Positions 60,476-64,000 of a stretch of DNA of 64,000 nucleotides are shown here, one piece after another. Source of the stretch: Octopus sinensis (taxonomy: Eukaryota). The notes beneath the pieces were generated by a model. The model was not told the origin of the DNA. It saw only the letters and a program-made list of their open reading frames with translations, and made no database searches. The first letter of the stretch is position 1, and each line of letters opens with the position of its first letter. The stretch covers positions 160,580,001 to 160,644,000 of the forward strand of contig NC_042999.1 in NCBI RefSeq assembly GCF_006345805.1, in the 5' to 3' direction. A program made the position numbers and the translations under genes.

Positions 60476-61496
60476 TTGCAAAACTATTTGAGAAAAGAAT
60501 CTCTTGTATTAAACAATCCAAGACAAGACTGATTTAACTTTTTCTAATACTGAAGCAGTACTGTGGCAGTTTTAAAGTCTAATATTAGCAAGCTGCCAGG
60601 TGGAAATTCACTTTGACAACAGGTAATTGAAAATCAGTTGCAACGACACAACAAGTTGTCGGTTTGTACATAATATCAGGTGAAAAGAAAATGATACCAT
60701 ATGGCTTATCTTTTGAGGACATCCTTCATGACTTTCTTTTGAAGGATAATTAATTCAGGACATTGAACGATTGCATAGAATTTGTGAAGTACATTGTCAT
60801 AAGTTTGTCAACAGCGGTAGTCCACATCAAGATAGCAGAAAAGCTGTGACTTGAACATCAGGTTTTAACATCACTATTCTGAACACAAATCCTATCAGGA
60901 CTGATTTAAACTTTCATTCATTAAAATTTCATAAAATAAATACCTCTCTTCTAGTATCAGACTAACAGACAATAATGGAAGGAATAAACTAGTTTAATGT
61001 TTGAATCTTTTTAGGGTGATAGGAAAAGAACTTAGTGGCATTTCTTCCAGACCAACTAAGGTCAAATGCTGCCAAGATTGACTTTTTCTTTTCATCCTTT
61101 CAGGGTCGATGAATAAGTACCAGTTGTGCATTGGGATTGATATAATCATTTTGCACTCTCCCCCACAATTGCTAGCCTTGTGCCAAAATTTGAAATTAAT
61201 ATTTGAATCTTATTAGGAATGCTTAATGCTTCCTCCCATATTAAACTCTTTCCACTTACCTAACAAATTAAACATGGATAGTTCAGACACCAGATATGTA
61301 TAAACTGGTAAAAATAATAGTGCTTTAGATTAAATGTTTGGTCACCAAAACTCAGTACATATTCTGCTAGGGCTGATTTCTGCTTCCATTCCTCTAGTAC
61401 CAATAGAATAAGTAACAGCTATATGCACTGGCTGAACTGACTATACAATACTAAGTTGTAAAAAAAATGAAAAAAATTCTATACTTGGCATGTAAC

Positions 61497-61768
61497 AAAC
61501 ACCATCTGATCGCCTGGCCTCGCCTGGTACGTAAAAAGCACCATCCGAGCATGGCCGTTCGCCAGCCTCGTCTGGCACCTGTGTCGGTGGCACATAAAAA
61601 GCACCCGCTACACTCACGGAGTGGTTGGCGTTAGGAAGGGCATCCAGCTGTAGAAACACCGCCAGATATGACTGGCCTGGTGCAGCCTTCGGGCTTCCCA
61701 GACCCCAGTTGAACCGTCCAACCCATGCTAGCATGGAAAGCGGACGTTAAACGATGATGATGATGATG
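61497..61768 (+). mobile_element. RTE 3' tail
   Basis: Family signature. Confidence 0.8.
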
Positions 61769-61991
61769 TCAAAAGAAATCAATACTTTAGTTAGACATAA
61801 TGAATTCAAATCAGTAAGATTCCTTTGGGAGTAGGATAAAATTACTGGAAAATAAACTAGTTCAGTAAAGTTAACATGTGTTGATTAACTTTGACAAGCT
61901 CATAAAAATTTAAATTAATATATCAAGAACATCAGAACTCTTGTTTCAGAAATACAGATAAGGGACAAGTTCTTTACTTTTTTTTTTTATT

Positions 61992-62286
61992 TCATCATCA
62001 TCATCATCATCGTTTAACAGTCGCTTTCCATGCTAGCATGGGTTGGATGGTTCAACTGGGGTCTGGGAAGCCCGAAGGCTGCACCAGGCCAGTCAGATCT
62101 GGCAGAGTTTCTACAGCTGGATGCCCTTCCTAATGCCAACCACTCCGTGAGTGTAGTGGGTGCTTTTTATGTGCCACCGACACAGGTGCCAGACGATGCT
62201 GGCGAACGGCCATGCTCGGATGGTGGTGCCACCGACACAGGTGCCAGACGAGGCTGGCGAACGGCCACGCTCGGATGGTGTTTTTT
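61992..62286 (-). mobile_element. RTE 3' tail, inverted relative to 61497
   Basis: Family signature, reverse orientation. Confidence 0.8.
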
Positions 62287-63003
62287 ATTTTCATAAAAAG
62301 TATCACAGAAAACAAATCCTTTAACTTTTTTTTTTATATCAATCTGCTTGAAATTACCTCTGGTTGTTTGATACAAAACTATTTCAATGCTTAATGCTTC
62401 CTCCCATATTAAACTCTTTCCGCTGACCCAACACATTAAACATGGATAGTTCAGACAGCAGATATGTATAAACTGGTAAAAATAATAGTGCTTTGGATTA
62501 AATGTTTGGTCACCAAAACTCAGTACATATTCTGCTAGGGTTGATTTTTGCTTCCATGTAAGTAAAAACAAGCTGTTACTGGCCTAATATATCAATTAAT
62601 GAAAATATTATACTTCTTGATTATTTTTCAAACTCAATTGAAATATAGGCAGCATATTTTGATTTTAAAATATGATCATAAAAAGGTTAAGTGTCATTTT
62701 ATGACAGCAGCACAACCTACAGATCTGAAGGTACCGCACAATTATATGAAATCTGTGACAATGTAACATTTCTAACAACCCAACTAGTTCTAAAAAATAT
62801 TAACATTAAAAGCTGGATAGCGGGATAGAAAATCTGTCTGTAGGAAAGTGAGCAAAGAATTCATTTTGTATATCTCTCTATACTGGTGTACAAAACTTAC
62901 CATACAACTCAATCTGAAAGTTTGTCACATCCACTAGCAAAACAAAAGATGCTTAGTTTGTGAAATCCATATAAAAATGTATAAAAGTGTATGTAAGGAA
63001 GAA

Positions 63004-63257
63004 TTTTTTCACGCTAAGAGTTGCTGAAGCATGGAACAGACTGCCGGCATCAGTTGTTAGTTGTCGGAGCACTGCATCCTTCAAAACTTCCATGCTTCCT
63101 GAGATTCGCCAACACTACACTTGATTTTCTCCCCTCCATACACACGCAAGCATGTATCTGACTCAAACACTGTTCGCTTTCCAGACATTTGTACATTACT
63201 GCATATGCTTTATACGCACTTTTGACAAGTTGTGGTGCACCTGAGTACTGTATACAA
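63004..63257 (+). mobile_element. CR1-type LINE 3' end
   Basis: Near-identical to 435-690. Confidence 0.8.
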
Positions 63258-63490
63258 AATATTTACCATACTTTTTAAGTCATTTTCACTTTAAAATAAT
63301 TTTTAAATATGCCAAAGAAACTTTTTCTAATGGTATTCACTTGAAAATAATTTAAAAAAACATTAAATAATTTCATTATTATTATATTAAGAGTTTTATA
63401 GATCAAAAGAGAAAGTGAAGTTAAGAGACTTGTGAACTTGTCACAGTTTATAAAATTCTTAAAAAAAAGTATCAGGTATACTCTACCAAC

Positions 63491-63747
63491 CTCGACTCCC
63501 ATTCCAATATCATCAAGAATACAATAATCTTCGTCAATGTCAAGTTCAGTGTTTTCTTCCGACATACTGCTGCTATACAGAGACTTTGAGCTGGATGATG
63601 AAGATAAGTTCTCTGTAGATACCAAATTTGCAGCATTCTCATGTGAAGTGGGATACAGAGGCTGATCCTCGTTTGGAGGAACAAAGAATACCTCTGTGGT
63701 AGTTCGTTTGCTGGATGAACTCTTTTTAGAATGGCTACCATGACTTG
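63491..63747 (-). CDS. ATG2: ATG2 exon, first in window (1/13); gene continues 5' beyond the window
   Basis: ttttcag acceptor, GAG|GTTGGT donor; encodes ...EENTELDIDEDYCILDDIGMGVE, matching the acidic LIR region of ATG2 (human ATG2A DSDEFCILDAPGLG); 257 nt, phase 1 to 0. Confidence 0.9.
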
Positions 63748-63826
63748 CTGAAAATGCAATAAATAAGTAATTAGATAAATAAATAAATGCATGCACATGA
63801 ACACAAGTATATAAATATATTATATA

Positions 63827-64000
63827 TACTCTTTACTGTCTTTTTCTCTTTTACTTGTTTCAGCCATTTGACTGCGGCCATGCTGGAGCACCGCCTTTAG
63901 TCGAGCAAATCAACCGCGGGACTTATTCTTTTGTAAGCCCAGTACTTATTCTATCGGTCTCTTTTGCCGAACCGCTAAGTGACGGGGACGTAAACACACC
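63827..64000 (-). mobile_element. SINE family B, cut by the window end
   Basis: Tail-side match. Confidence 0.8.

Overview
AT-rich, repeat-dense eukaryotic genomic DNA, most likely from an octopus. That assignment is inferred from the repeat landscape and the protein sequence and was not checked by search. The one clear gene is the 3' part of ATG2 (autophagy lipid-transfer protein) on the minus strand. Thirteen GT-AG exons from 63747 down to the stop at 22318 join in frame into about 680 codons with a conserved LIR motif; the 5' exons lie beyond the window end. Most other ORF-track entries are artefacts of repeats. Repeats include about 20 copies of a composite tRNA-derived SINE, two other tRNA-SINE families, about 18 3' tails of an RTE LINE (one with a 19-unit 67-bp tandem array), CR1-type tails, six non-autonomous Helitrons, piggyBac and DD37D Tc1/mariner derivatives, several MITEs and a decayed Penelope-like element. 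The most striking signal is a set of at least four unrelated small elements carrying minimal type I hammerhead ribozyme motifs, three of them built as long inverted repeats. One motif with an intact catalytic core lies in sense orientation in the last ATG2 intron, and another lies just past the ATG2 stop codon. Also notable are three 107-172 bp direct duplications around retro-insertions, local inverted or templated duplications, and a YFS-to-FFY change in the ATG2 WIPI-binding motif. All structures were folded by eye; no search or computation was run.
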